A stretch of DNA of 64,000 bases, taken from positions 57,040,001-57,104,000 of the forward strand of contig NC_042997.1 of assembly GCF_006345805.1 (NCBI RefSeq), written 5' to 3'. A model generated the notes under the pieces. It searched no databases. It was given only the letters and a program-made list of their open reading frames with translations, and had not been told where the DNA came from. Origin of the DNA: Octopus sinensis. Lineage: Eukaryota. Below are positions 1 through 56,600 of this stretch, in pieces (the stretch's first letter is position 1; each line of letters opens with the position of its first letter). The position numbers were made by a program, and so were the translations under genes.

Positions 1-1006
1 GAGGTTCATAGCTAAAGGGGTTTGTTTTTTTGTTTCACAAGACTATTGGTCTTGAAACAACATATCCATTTTGACGCTGCTCACAGACCTGGTCTGTTAC
101 ATGCTTCTCTGGAATCATGCCAGTGTGCAGTGCCTCTCAGTCCTGGTTATACTCCTTCATAAGTCTTCTTCCAAATTCTTACCATCTTCCCGGTTACACT
201 GTATTCTCTCGCAGCAGCTCGGTTGCTGTGGGACTTGGTGTATGCTACCACTTTCAGCTTAAAACAGGTTCATATTGCCTTCGTTTATCACTTTGAGCCA
301 TGAGGGGGTTTTACAGTTGTTGGAAATTAATGTTCACTCAGTGAGAGTACTATGCTTATGAAAGAATGACAACTTGATCCTTTCCAAGAAACCCTGTCTG
401 TAAATGTTTGAAAGTAACCAGTAACTGTAAGGTTTATTGTGATTGGTCTGACTGACATGAACCAGCCAGTTACAGAAGGTATCAGTACATGCTGCTAATA
501 TAACAAGCAGGTTAGTTACTGTAAACTACACTTGTACTGAAAGCCCTAATCTGGCTGAATGCTGTATAAGAGAGCGCTCAAATGAGGCAGTGTAAACAGA
601 ACAGACCAAGGGACCAGGCTGAATAGGCTGATTGTTTACATTTTCTATTCGTCAGCTGTTGCAAGTGGCAACTGGTGTCTGTCTGCTAAGTTTGCTGTGC
701 TGTTATTTTGATATAATTAACCTAATTTCTCAAACATACATGTAAGTATTAGTAGAACCACATGATCTATGCAAGTGGTTTACGGAGTTCTCCATCAATA
801 CATGCAAGTATTTGTTGAAAATACTGCGCTGTAGAACCATAGGATCTATGCGAGTGGTTTACACTGTTCTCCATTGATATTGGTGTTACTCTAAGCCACA
901 GGAAGTTAAGGTTTAGAATTTATACGGGGTATATAAGACAACCCTTAGTTTTGGGGTGATTGTTTTTTTGAAGATCAAATTCCATCCTGTACCCCGGTAT
1001 ATAGTA
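1..1006 (-). mobile_element. pogo-like DNA transposon 5' relic
   Basis: Minus strand 283..165 reads RRQYEP/FKLKVVAYTKSHSNRAAAREYSVTGKMVRIWKK (one frameshift), a pogo N-terminal HTH; a terminus-like TA-CTATATACCGGGGTA lies at ~990-1006. Confidence 0.6.
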
Positions 1007-1336
1007 ATTTAATTCAAGGATCAAAAAAGATCTGGATCACATTTTTCAATTCTTTTAATTTTGTTCCAAGTGCTTTCAGATTTGGTGAATTGAAAGCCAT
1101 AGACATATTGGTGCTTGTTTCCATAGTAACAAGCCAAAGTATAGTCTACTTGTCACTGCACAACTGTTGATTAAAACACTGATATGTCAAATTTGAAAAT
1201 TTTCACTTAATTTTGAAATTTCAATAAGTGTGAGCAAAACAGAAAAAAACCTAATTGTTATTAATTGAAAAGCAGAGTTAAATTTTAAGACTTTTACAAA
1301 TTTTGAATTTGAATACTACTATTTTTCCCTTCGCAG

Positions 1337-45827
<44,491 letters not shown>

Positions 45828-46025
45828 TTAAATTACAAGGATTATATTTCCTCTATTTTATATGCATATTTACACTCTATATAATCAAAAGAACGAGAAA
45901 GAACAATCGTGAGAAAAAAATTTTATGGAAAATTATTAAAAATTATATAAAAAAAAAAAAGATATATATTTCATGTAACGTTTTTAAAAAGAATTTTGAT
46001 AAAATTTATACGTATTCAGAAAACT

Positions 46026-46142
46026 AATAAAAGAATATTATAAAGTATCTTTATTTATTCATTTATTTAATAAAGAAGATTACTTGAAAAATTTCTTTGG
46101 CTTCTTTGACATTTTAATAAACTCAATAATACTTTTAATAAA
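46026..46142 (+). terminator. candidate poly(A) signal cluster
   Basis: AATAAA at 46026, 46069, 46116 and 46137 downstream of the stop. The region is very AT-rich, so this is weak evidence. Confidence 0.35.
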
Positions 46143-46487
46143 AATCTTTTAATTAGTCAAAAGTTAAACAGCCACAAGAGAAATTTTTTTTAAAATCCTG
46201 TTGTTTTAGCCCAGCACAGAATCAATGATATTGAAAATGATGGAATAAGAGCCAGTGCTATTATAATGCTAAGTCTTCTGCTAAATCGACACCATTTAGT
46301 GCATTGCATGGTTGCTGTTAATGATATTAAAGATAAAATTTGTATTAGTTAAAAGGAAAAAATAAATAAAAATAAAAATCGGTTTATACTATACACAATT
46401 TAAACATGTGATATTTACAGTTCTGTATTTAGGAGATGAGGAATTATTTACATTTGATGGATATTTGTCTTAATCTTGTTTGTTGTT

Positions 46488-46530
46488 AACACATTTTGGC
46501 TTATATATCCTCCAGCCTCCATCAGGTGTC
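46488..46530 (-). ncRNA. decayed hammerhead ribozyme copy
   Basis: Reverse complement reads GACAC-CTGATGG-AGGCTG..AAGCC-AAAA-TGTGTT. Confidence 0.5.
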
Positions 46531-46788
46531 TTATGGAAATTTTGAACCTGGGTTCTCATTCCTAAGGTATTTTTTTGATATTGTTATTATTATTCAGGTC
46601 ACCGCCTGGAATCGAACTTGGAATCTTGGGGTTAGCAGCCCGCGCTCTTAATTCATAGGCATAGTGGTTAAGTGTGTGGGCTACTAACCCCAAAATTCCA
46701 AGTTCAATTCCAGGCAGTGACCTGAATAATAACAACAACATCAAAAAAATATCTTAGGAATGAGAACCCAGGTTCGAAATTTCCCCAA

Positions 46789-46834
46789 GACACCTGATGA
46801 AGGCTGGAGGGTATATCAGCCGAAACGTTGTGTT
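46789..46834 (+). ncRNA. minimal type I hammerhead ribozyme, unaltered core
   Basis: GACAC-CTGATGA-A-GGCTG(GAGGGTATAT)CAGCC-GAAA-CGTT-GTGTT: stem I GACAC/GTGTT, stem II GGCTG/CAGCC, palindromic stem III ACGT, predicted cleavage after GUU (46829). Confidence 0.8.
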
Positions 46835-49800
46835 AACATCAAACAAGATGAGGATAAATATCCTTTATAAAATTATCTTCTTCAAAGATACTGTGCAATG
46901 TTTGTAAGAAGAACTACATGTAAACAGAGTTCTGCTATGTATTTCTATAATTTCAAAGGAACTTCACTCTAATGTGAAGTTTTTGGTAATTCAGTAAGTT
47001 GCATTGCAAAATGATCATCCCACATTTATTAAAATAGTGACAAGTTTAAGTTTTGCTTAAGTTTTGAAACTATCAGTTTTAATCTAAACCAGAACAAGAT
47101 TAGAATTGCAGTGAAAATCCCATCTCAATCATGCTAAAAAGTCCAATCTCTGAACAACTCCCACATTTAATGAAAGTAAATTCTTGAAATTTAAAACCCT
47201 GAGGAAACAGTTTCCAAATTTCATGAAATTCAAGCCTAGTTTGTGCTTTACTTTGAAAACACAGATTTGCCTTTAGCAATACAAAATATGAAACTCCTAA
47301 TTTTATTTATCTTTATAATTGAGAAATTGTTCATCATTATAATCAATATCAACTTCAGCTATATTCTTTTCCTAGAACACTGCCTTCAGGCATTTTCCGT
47401 TATTCATAACAGCCCCAGTATTTATTTCTGTTCAGTTCTTATTTTATTGATCTATATTTAACTATTGGCTATATTACCATTTTGATCATTTCGGTCTTGT
47501 TTTATCTGGTGATTTTGAGACACATTCACTGACACATACAACATACAGACGTTTCTGTCCAGTTTCCATCTACCAAATTCTACTGGCAAGCTATTGATCA
47601 ACCTGAAGCTATAGTTAAAGAGACTTGTCCAATGTGCCATGCAATGGGATTGAAGCCACAACCATGTAATTGTGAAGTAAACTTCTTTACCACACAGCCA
47701 TACTTGCACCTATTACTTAGAGACATTCTTTAGATATCAAATGAATATCAAATAAATGCAGTTGACAGCACCTGTTGTTATATACTTGTTGTCATAGAGC
47801 TATGGCTGAATCGTCTTTATTATTACCAAAAGAAATTTTGTAATAGATGCTGATTTGTCAAGAAGTGTTTGCTGAAAGATGAGAAGATTAAATAAATGAA
47901 ATGACAATATTTGAATTAACTCCAGAAAAAAAAAAAGTACTTTTTGAAGAATAGATTAAATCATTTGTATAAAAATAGTGAAGAACACCATGAATTGTAA
48001 TCTATATATAAACTTATAGTTAATCGTCAAGGTTAAATATATGTTTATTAAACACACACACAAGTATAATTTATCCACACATACATTGTCCTAATACTTT
48101 TAATACACTGCCAGAGTATGTGCTAGTATGCATATGAGTAAAATCTACACGTTATTCTTAGCATTATTTATAAGTAGCTTAAAATTGTTTCCTCTTTCTG
48201 TAGAATGGAACAGTTTAGGTACACTTTCATTTCATTTAAAGAACAGGTTAGAGACTCTTATTAAGTTGGCAAAAACCAGGCAAAACTAGTTGATCTGTTC
48301 TCCAGAAAGAACCATATAAGCTTAACCGTAGGTTCTAGTTCTGTTATGAAGTTGAAAGCATGCAAATTTACTTACAATTTAAAATTATACTTGAATAAAG
48401 AAATATAAAAATATTAGAGACCTTACATGTAGGGTCATCTCTCTCTCTCTCATTGATGGAAATGTTAGATGGCTGTTTGTATTGGATAGCTATTGCATAT
48501 GTATTTCTGTAGATATGTGTTCATGTTGCACCACATAGAAGTTAAGTTTGTTTATTTATTCTTAGTTAGAAGGAAAGACAGTACTCATGACTGTGGGAAA
48601 GAGGGAGGAAGATATCCTGTAATTAGATACTAGCTTGAATGCTAGCAATGAAATAGACTATGTTAAAGACACTGAAGGTATCAGGCTGTTGTATTACAGA
48701 TTGTCTACCTCTCGGGTAGGTTATGGTGGGATTTGAACTCGGAATGCTGAGAACAAATACTACAAAGCATTCCATCACAATGCTTTAAATGATTCTGCTG
48801 GTCCACTATGCTAGACTGATTGCTTATTTGTCAACCTCAGAAGAATGAAAAGTAAAGTTGATCTTCGTAGAATTTAAACTCAGGACACCTGAAACCAGAA
48901 TAAATATTGTGAGGTACTCTATCTGATGCTCTGATTACCCCACATTTGTAAGATGGATCCTTCTAGTCATATTCACAAACTAATGCCACATTATGACTGC
49001 TGCGGGAAAAAAAATGTTTGAAAGAAATTTGAATTGGCTATTCTTAACTGAATAACAGCTATTCATTAATACTGAGAAATGATAGAAATGACTAACGTTG
49101 GGATAAAATTATAGTCATTACATGATGTTGGAAAGCCATAGAAATTTGTCTCACTAGTGGTGAATTTTTTCACTGTGAGATTGTTAATTTTTTGGAGTTT
49201 CTGCTATTACCATACCAAAGCTAAGAAATAACATCATCATAATGTATAATTTAATCACTAACTTTATTAGAATGTTCTTTGTTATATTATAATTTCACAC
49301 CTGGAAAGATAACTAAATGGTTGAAAATAACATTTGAGAATGAATATAACACATGAACAAAGTTCTCTAACACAAAACAGAAAATTAAATAAAGCCATTT
49401 ATTTTTGTTGCTCATTTTTGGATTTTTAGCAAAACTTTAACCACCACCATCACAAGAGAATCTCATCGTGATTAATAAACCTGTTAGAAACAGAAGCCAA
49501 ATTTGCCTCAAACTGTACTTTGTTTTTAAAAAAGGAAAGACACATTGAATAATTAGTCCTAGATATTTTAGTCTTTAAAAAGAAGAAAAAAAACAGGACA
49601 GTCATGACTGGAAGGCCTTTGTTCAAAGATCTGTTCAATCAAGTCTGACAGAAGTTAGACAAACAACAATAATTCGAATATTTACCACCACCATGATAAC
49701 AATATCTGAAGGAGTTGCATTTTCATATGTCTTAGTGCTTTTAGTTTTTGTTGAGTACACACATTTAGCTCATGTTGAACCATGAAAGAATTCAGTTGGC

Positions 49801-50069
49801 TACTATGCTCAAAACCAGATATTAGCCATCATCAATTCAGTATTAAATGTAATATATTTTAGGTCATAATGATAATAATGAATGAATGGAATTATTGTGT
49901 ACAGTGCTCCGGTGCACTACAACTTATCAAAGGTGCATGTATAGTACATAGAATTATGTACAAATATCAGGAAAGTGAACAGTGTATGAGTCATGATATA
50001 CATGTGTGCATGCATATGGAGTGGGGTGATATCAGGTGTGGTGTTGGCCAATTTCAGAAAGCATGGAGG

Positions 50070-50620
50070 TTTTAAAGGATGCAATGTTATAGCAGCTAAC
50101 AACCAATGCAGGTAATTTATTCCATGCTTCAGCAACTCTGAGAATGAAAAATGTTTCCAAAAGTTATGGAAGCTGTGCTGTTTTCTGACTTTGTAGGCAT
50201 GCCCATGTGCATTAGACATTGGAATTCAGAGTTGTTGTAGGCACAATTGTTAATAATTTTGTGGGTGCCAGGTTCAGAGCTTCAATGTATCCATGCCCAG
50301 AATGTGGTAGATGCCTGATGGAGGGTATTTGCTTGGTTGCATGTCTCTGAACAGTTTCCAGGAAGTCAATGTTCTGAGCAAGATAGGGATTCCAGACTGG
50401 TGATGCAAATTCCAAGTTTGGCTGCACCATGGCCATATACAGCCTTAAATAGATCGCTGAAGAGTGGCTGACAAAGGTCTTGTTGAGTGATGCCAAGATA
50501 CCCTCAGCCTTCTTGACAATTTTAGAGACATGCTTTGTCCAGAGTAAATTGCTTCTGTCAAGTTTTCCCGTCTTATTTGACTTGCCTCTGTTCTTGCTAC
50601 AATTTTGCTTTTCTTACAAC
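50070..50620 (-). mobile_element. CR1/L2-type LINE 3' fragment
   Basis: LYMAMVQPNLEFASPVWNPYLAQNIDFLETVQRHATKQIP and FFILRVAEAWNKLP. Confidence 0.8.
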
Positions 50621-53600
50621 CCTTATGCATTTCATTAACACTTGGTAAAATAATTCTTTCTACTATAGGCACAAGGCCTGAAATTTTAAAAGTGTCTAAT
50701 CAATTGCATCAACCCCTGTGCTCAACTGGTTCTTGTTTTATCAACCCTGAAAGGTGTGAAAGGTAAAGTCGACCATTGCAGAATTTGAACTCAGCAGCAT
50801 TTCTTCCAGCTTTATGTTCTAAGTATTTCGTTTTGTGCAGTAATGATTCTGCTAGCCTGCCACCTTAGTGAAATAATGATGGTTTTGAATTTTGGCACAA
50901 GGCCAGCAATTTCAGGGGAAGGGGAAGTTGATTATATTGATTCCAGTACTCAGATGATACTTATTTTATTGACCCTGAAAGAATGAAAGGCAAAGTCGAC
51001 AATATTTGAACACAGAACAAGTTGGGCAGACGAAATGCCATTAAGCATTTCAACTGATATGTTAACGATTCTGCCAGCTTGCTGCCTTACTGAGTGAAAT
51101 AATGAGATGATTTATTTTTGACTTTAGAACAATTTAAAAGACAATGGCAATTTGGCAGAGAAGTTAGAGTGTTGGACAGAATTCCTCAGAGTTTTTGTTC
51201 CATCTTATTGCATTCTAAGTTCAACCCATACCAAAGTCAACTTTACCTGTCATCCTTTCAGATTTGATTTTTAAAAATGTGACAGTCTTGTGTAGTGGAT
51301 TAGTAGGACATTTGACTGAATATCTTGCATTATTTGTACTGCCATTTTGCATTCTGGCTTCAAATCTCACCATGGCCTAGGTGTTGCCTGGTTTAACACC
51401 CCACCTAGTGCCTTCAGTGAAGTCCACTCTATTGCAAACATTTCCAGCCTGGGGATACCTTCCTTCCTCTCTCCCTCCCACCAGTTTCAGAGGTCTTGTA
51501 ATAGATCATGGGCACTCTGACTAAAAAAGATTTTTTAAAAAGCAGAAATAGAAATGGAAGAACACCAGATTGAATTAAATCCCATCAAGGTGGATATGAT
51601 CTTTCAATTCCGTTGAGTCAATAAGATCCATATCAGTTATACTTAATGGATGATACTCCTTCTCTCTGCAATTTTACTTTGTAACATGTTATTAATGTTA
51701 TGCAGAGGAAAAAAATTAAAAGAATTGTGATGAGTGAAACTGAATAAATCCATGGTTTAGTATGTAATCTTCCTATTACAAATGATGCTGACAAGTCTTA
51801 AAATATTTTAAATACAATTCTTTTCTTTTTAATACTTTCATGCTGTAAGGCAGTTTGCAGGCAGAATCATTAGCATGCTGGGGAAAATGCATCTTGTCTG
51901 TCTTTATGTACTGAGTTGAAATTCCGCAGAGGTTGACTTTGCCTTTCATCCTTTTGGGGTCAATCTAAATACCAGTTGAGTACTGGGATCAATGTATAAG
52001 TGACTTACCCTCTTCCCTGAAATTGATGGCCAAAGTTTTAAACTAATATTTTCATATTGTACTGTAAGGAAAAGAAGTTAATGCTATTGGACTCAAAGTT
52101 CTTGTAAATAGGGTGAAAATGATATTGATTTTGTGCATATACATAATTTCAGATTTAAAGAAGGAAATTAAACTGTGTTACACATGTCCTCCTCAAGAAT
52201 TGTAGTAACTAAGTGAAATAAAATGACTATGACAAGGAATCAATACTGGGGCATCAACTCATCTCACCAGGAACTTACATTTAATTTAGAACATTCATGT
52301 ATATTGAAAGCAAAAGACTCTTCACACTATGTTTTCCAATACCATGATTTGTAATGCATAAGTCTACATTGTAAAGAATTAGAGAGGGACAATCATTGCT
52401 CACAGATAGTACCTCATGCCAACAGAGAAAAAACATGTGAATTGATTTATTAAAATTGTGAGGATGATGGTGAGATTTCAACATTTAATCAACATTACAT
52501 CAACATACTAATGGAAGGTGAACATGGATTATGAAAATGATTATCTGGTAGTAACAGTAGACTTAGGGTTTATAGATTTTTTGTTTTTTTTAGTTCTTTC
52601 TTTCATATCAGCCTTTAATCTGGTTGATATAGTGGAATACTAAAAGGAGAAAATGTCAAATTAAGTGAAGTCAAGAAGTCAAGATCCAACTAATCATATC
52701 ACTGGTTACTGCTGCTACAATATTTGCACAATGTAAATCTATTTAGGTGAACATTGCTTCTGGTGAAATCTAATAAAAGAGTTGCTTTATTATTATCTTC
52801 TTGTATTTTGATCTTTGACTTTTACTAAACCAGCTGAAATATTTGTGGCTTTCAGAGAGAGAGAACAAGAACTAAGTAAAATCATATAGAAATTCTCCAC
52901 AGTTTTTGAAATATATGTTACTTTGACACAAGGGAATGAATATAGTGGAATATTTATGATTATAATAAATATCACCCCCAAGGAAAACTTAGGAAAAGTT
53001 ACAATTCCCATTTTGGCATGAGTTCTTTAAAAATTTATTATTAACAAATGAGAAATAGAAGGAAATAATTTTGATGCAATTAAATAACCAATATATGTTG
53101 TGAAATATTTTAGAAGTATGATCTCTTGTAGAATATATTGAAAAAAAAAGGTAAAATATTTCTTTTTGAAAGCAATTTGTATTTTAATCTATTTTAACTT
53201 CAGATATATCAAAGGAACGAGGTGCAAATATGCAAATAGCATTTATTATTCACTGTTACAGCAGCTGCTGATTGATGTTATTGAAATAAAACCAGTTAGG
53301 TTTTTAGAATAACAATTTTAATATCACTCTTTTAAGAATGACAGAACAAGATTAAAATTTTAGCAAATTAGTTTGTCACCATATAGGAACCTCTGCATAG
53401 TTTCTGAAATAGCAGTAAAATCTTCATTACAGTTCACCCTTACAGTCTTCAAGAAAATGAAGGTCAGATTTACCAATATAGTCCCTATGTTCTGTCTGAA
53501 CAAAAAGCTGGTCACTTCTGAAATGCTATTGATCATAGGTTTGACATGGGACTAAATAAAAGAAAAAAAAAAACAGTGATTAAACTATTAACATATAAAG

Positions 53601-56600
53601 CCTGAGTAATCTCAGTTACAAACACCAATGAACTTTTTATATTAAAATGAAAATAAATAACATCCTCTATTTATCTTGAATATTTATCTATGTAATGTGA
53701 GTAAATTAAAATTTGGGGTGGGAGCTATTTACTTTTTGAGGGGCAAATTTTAAAAAAGATGAAACTGAGGCCATACAAGTTTGTTCTTTACATCTGTCCC
53801 TTGCAATCACCCTCTTTCCCCACCCATAATTACTACCTGATGTACACCTCTGCACTCTCACGTGTGTCTACCTACACACTGTCACCCTCAGTGCCCTCTC
53901 ATATCTACCATAGCCTCCTTGAGTCAAATTACCAGAGTCAAAATACTAGGAGTGAAATTACCAGAAGTCAAATTACCAGCTACCATATATATTATAGATA
54001 TATGATGGACTTCTTTTAGTTTTCATTTACCAAATCCACTCACAAGGTTTGGTTGGCCCAATAGAAGACACTTGCCCAAGGTGCCACACAGTGGGACTGA
54101 ACCCAGAACCATGTAGTTAGGAAGCAAACTTCTTCTACTCAGCTATGCTTGCCTTTATGAAAAGACATCCTTGTCACTAATAAGGATGTCTTTTCATTTC
54201 TTTCCTGATCTAGAACTGGCTGCAAATGTTCCTCAAGTACCATCTTAAATGGTACTTGAGGTACCATCTTAAATAGTCACATAGTTTTAGCTAAATGAAT
54301 CAAACCCAGAGCAAGAGTAATACTTATTTTACCAACCATAGAGAGAAAAATGAAGCAAATAGATCGGAATGTTGAAAGTTGGAAACAAATGCTACAATCT
54401 ATATAGTTTTGTGTTCGGATTCCGTCATTGACTCAAAGCAAAAAGCTTTCCTTTGGAAGGGAACAATCAATGAAATTTCTACCCCATGATACTGTTAAAG
54501 TTTCTCTTGAACAGTTGCTGGTTAACATCTTTGAGAAAAGGAAAGATGTATGAGTTGGGGGTATCTAAGTAGAGATTGTGTGAAACCAGCAAACTCTAAA
54601 AGAGCAGAAACTACTATAGTAGCAGTATTTAAACTTTAGTAGCAAGATTCAAAACTAAGCATTCTTTCCAAACTCTTGTACCGAGTTGCATTGATTTTAA
54701 TACTCTCGTTTCTTTTTTATCATATGCACTGACTCTCTTTTACATTGAATTCTATAGTTTAGATTTAACTGATGCTTGATATTGTAGTTATTTTGGTATA
54801 TAGTGTTTGTTGCAGTGTTATTTTGGTGTAATGTTAATATATCTGTAAAATGTTAGGCATGTAGTTGCAGAGGAATATATTTTGTAATTTAGAGTTGATA
54901 ATGGCTATAAACAGTGTTCTTCAGATCTCTAAACCTCACAGACACAGTTGCTTAATAACAACCAAACAATCATAAATTAGAAACCCAGCTCCATAGAAAC
55001 AAAATGACAATAGCAACAAGCAAACCTTCCAGCACATTATTCACCAACAACATTAAGAGTGTACCATCTTAAACCACATATCACACTCTATAAAAGCAAC
55101 ACACATTTTGGCGAAGTTTAATGCTTTATTTGCAGTGGTGAATCTTAAATAAATAAAAAAAATGCCATTCTGAATATGTTGCATCTTTTTAATATGGAAA
55201 CTAGTATCTTTAACAAATTAAAATAACCTCACATCAGTAGGAAAAAAATAAATGTTTACTATTTGAAAACACTTCAATCTAGTTAATTTAAACTCAATGA
55301 CTTTATAGTTAGAGATCCAAATGTAAACTTAATTATTTGATAATAGTAACCTTATAGACAGATTTTTTCTTCATTATTTTAAAATGTTTGTTCAGATGAT
55401 GAAGGAAAAAGAAAACAATATGTTATTCAAATAGTAAAAGTAATTCAGTTGGTAATTGTAAATTACAGTATAGTTTATTTTACATTGTATTTGCTATTAA
55501 AGAAATATAGCAAAGAACATTTTAATCTGCTTTCTATCAAGTGAATCATAGTTAATGTTTTTCTCCCTCCGAGCAGTAGCATGGTAACCTGCTACTAAAC
55601 AGTTCCTAAAATGTTTCAATGAAAAAAAAAAAATCTAATTATCCTCTTATTGAAAAAAAATAGTGTCAAAGACTAGAAAAAATATATATTAAAAATAGAT
55701 TTCTATCAGTCAACAGACAAAAGTGCATAAACATAAAAATAACAATACAAAATCAAGCTCAAACAACATTTTATTGAGAAAAATTGCTTTCAAAGATACA
55801 AAAATACAATGCTTTCATCAAAGACACAATAATGTTTTATCCTTTTCCATATATATATTTTTTATTTTTTTGATTATTTTTTGGCTGAAAGATGTGATCA
55901 AGGTATAAGAAAAGATGGTTGAGAAGATAACAGAAGCACCGAGAAGGAGAATAAATGTTTAGAAATAAAGGCTGTCTGTTGAAGGTGCGTAAAGAGTTTG
56001 AGATGGGTAGGAACAGGAAGGCGTTTTATGATGATATTCAACAAGGGAATACAGATTGAGGCCAATGTATAAAATTACGGAGAAAATAATCCTTACAACA
56101 CATCAACTGATGCTTATAAAAATTTGGTTCATTATTTATTGTTAGAACTGGTTCTAACAGAAATTTATGCAAGGTGTAAAACAATGGCTAGTAATTAACC
56201 TTAAAAAATTGTACAGGAGGTATAGTGTCTGACATTAGACAGGCAGTTTTAGCTTTAATTGTACTATTGTTTACAGAGTTTTCAGATGTCATGAAATGAG
56301 AATGAAGAATTTATTATTAGAACTTAATAGATGAAAGGAACATTTGAGGAAACATAAGGGGAAAGTAATTTAGTTAATTAAATAATGTTCTCAAATTGGA
56401 ATACAGAAAATGATATTAACATTTTTTTTATTGGAGATGAAAGAACAATAACCAAGGGAACAGTGATAATTAATATTTAATAAATATAATTCTGGATATG
56501 TGCATTTGTGTACATATGCATGTGTGGGAGGTACATGTGCTATGTATGATATTTTGAATAATTTATAGGTCACCTTTTTTATTTCAAAAACGACTCACTG

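Larger units (their letters stand above)
46417..46864. mobile_element. foldback (head-to-head) pair of hammerhead-bearing tRNA-headed short elements, locus B
   Basis: Arms ~46455-46650 and ~46666-46864 are reverse complements; A-box-like GGCATAGTGG, B-box GTTCAATTCC (46702), anticodon-loop-like CTGCTAA/CTACTAA. Confidence 0.88.

Noticed and set aside
1111-1134. Palindrome containing an RFX X-box-like GTTTCCATAGTAAC
   Set aside because: It is intronic and lies in what looks like a repeat-derived segment, with no evidence of function.
49450-49515. Possible minus-strand terminal exon FEANLASVSNRFINHDEILL* and plus-strand exon-like bits at ~48203 and ~55396
   Set aside because: They are too short, have no recognisable homology and no phase-linked partners.
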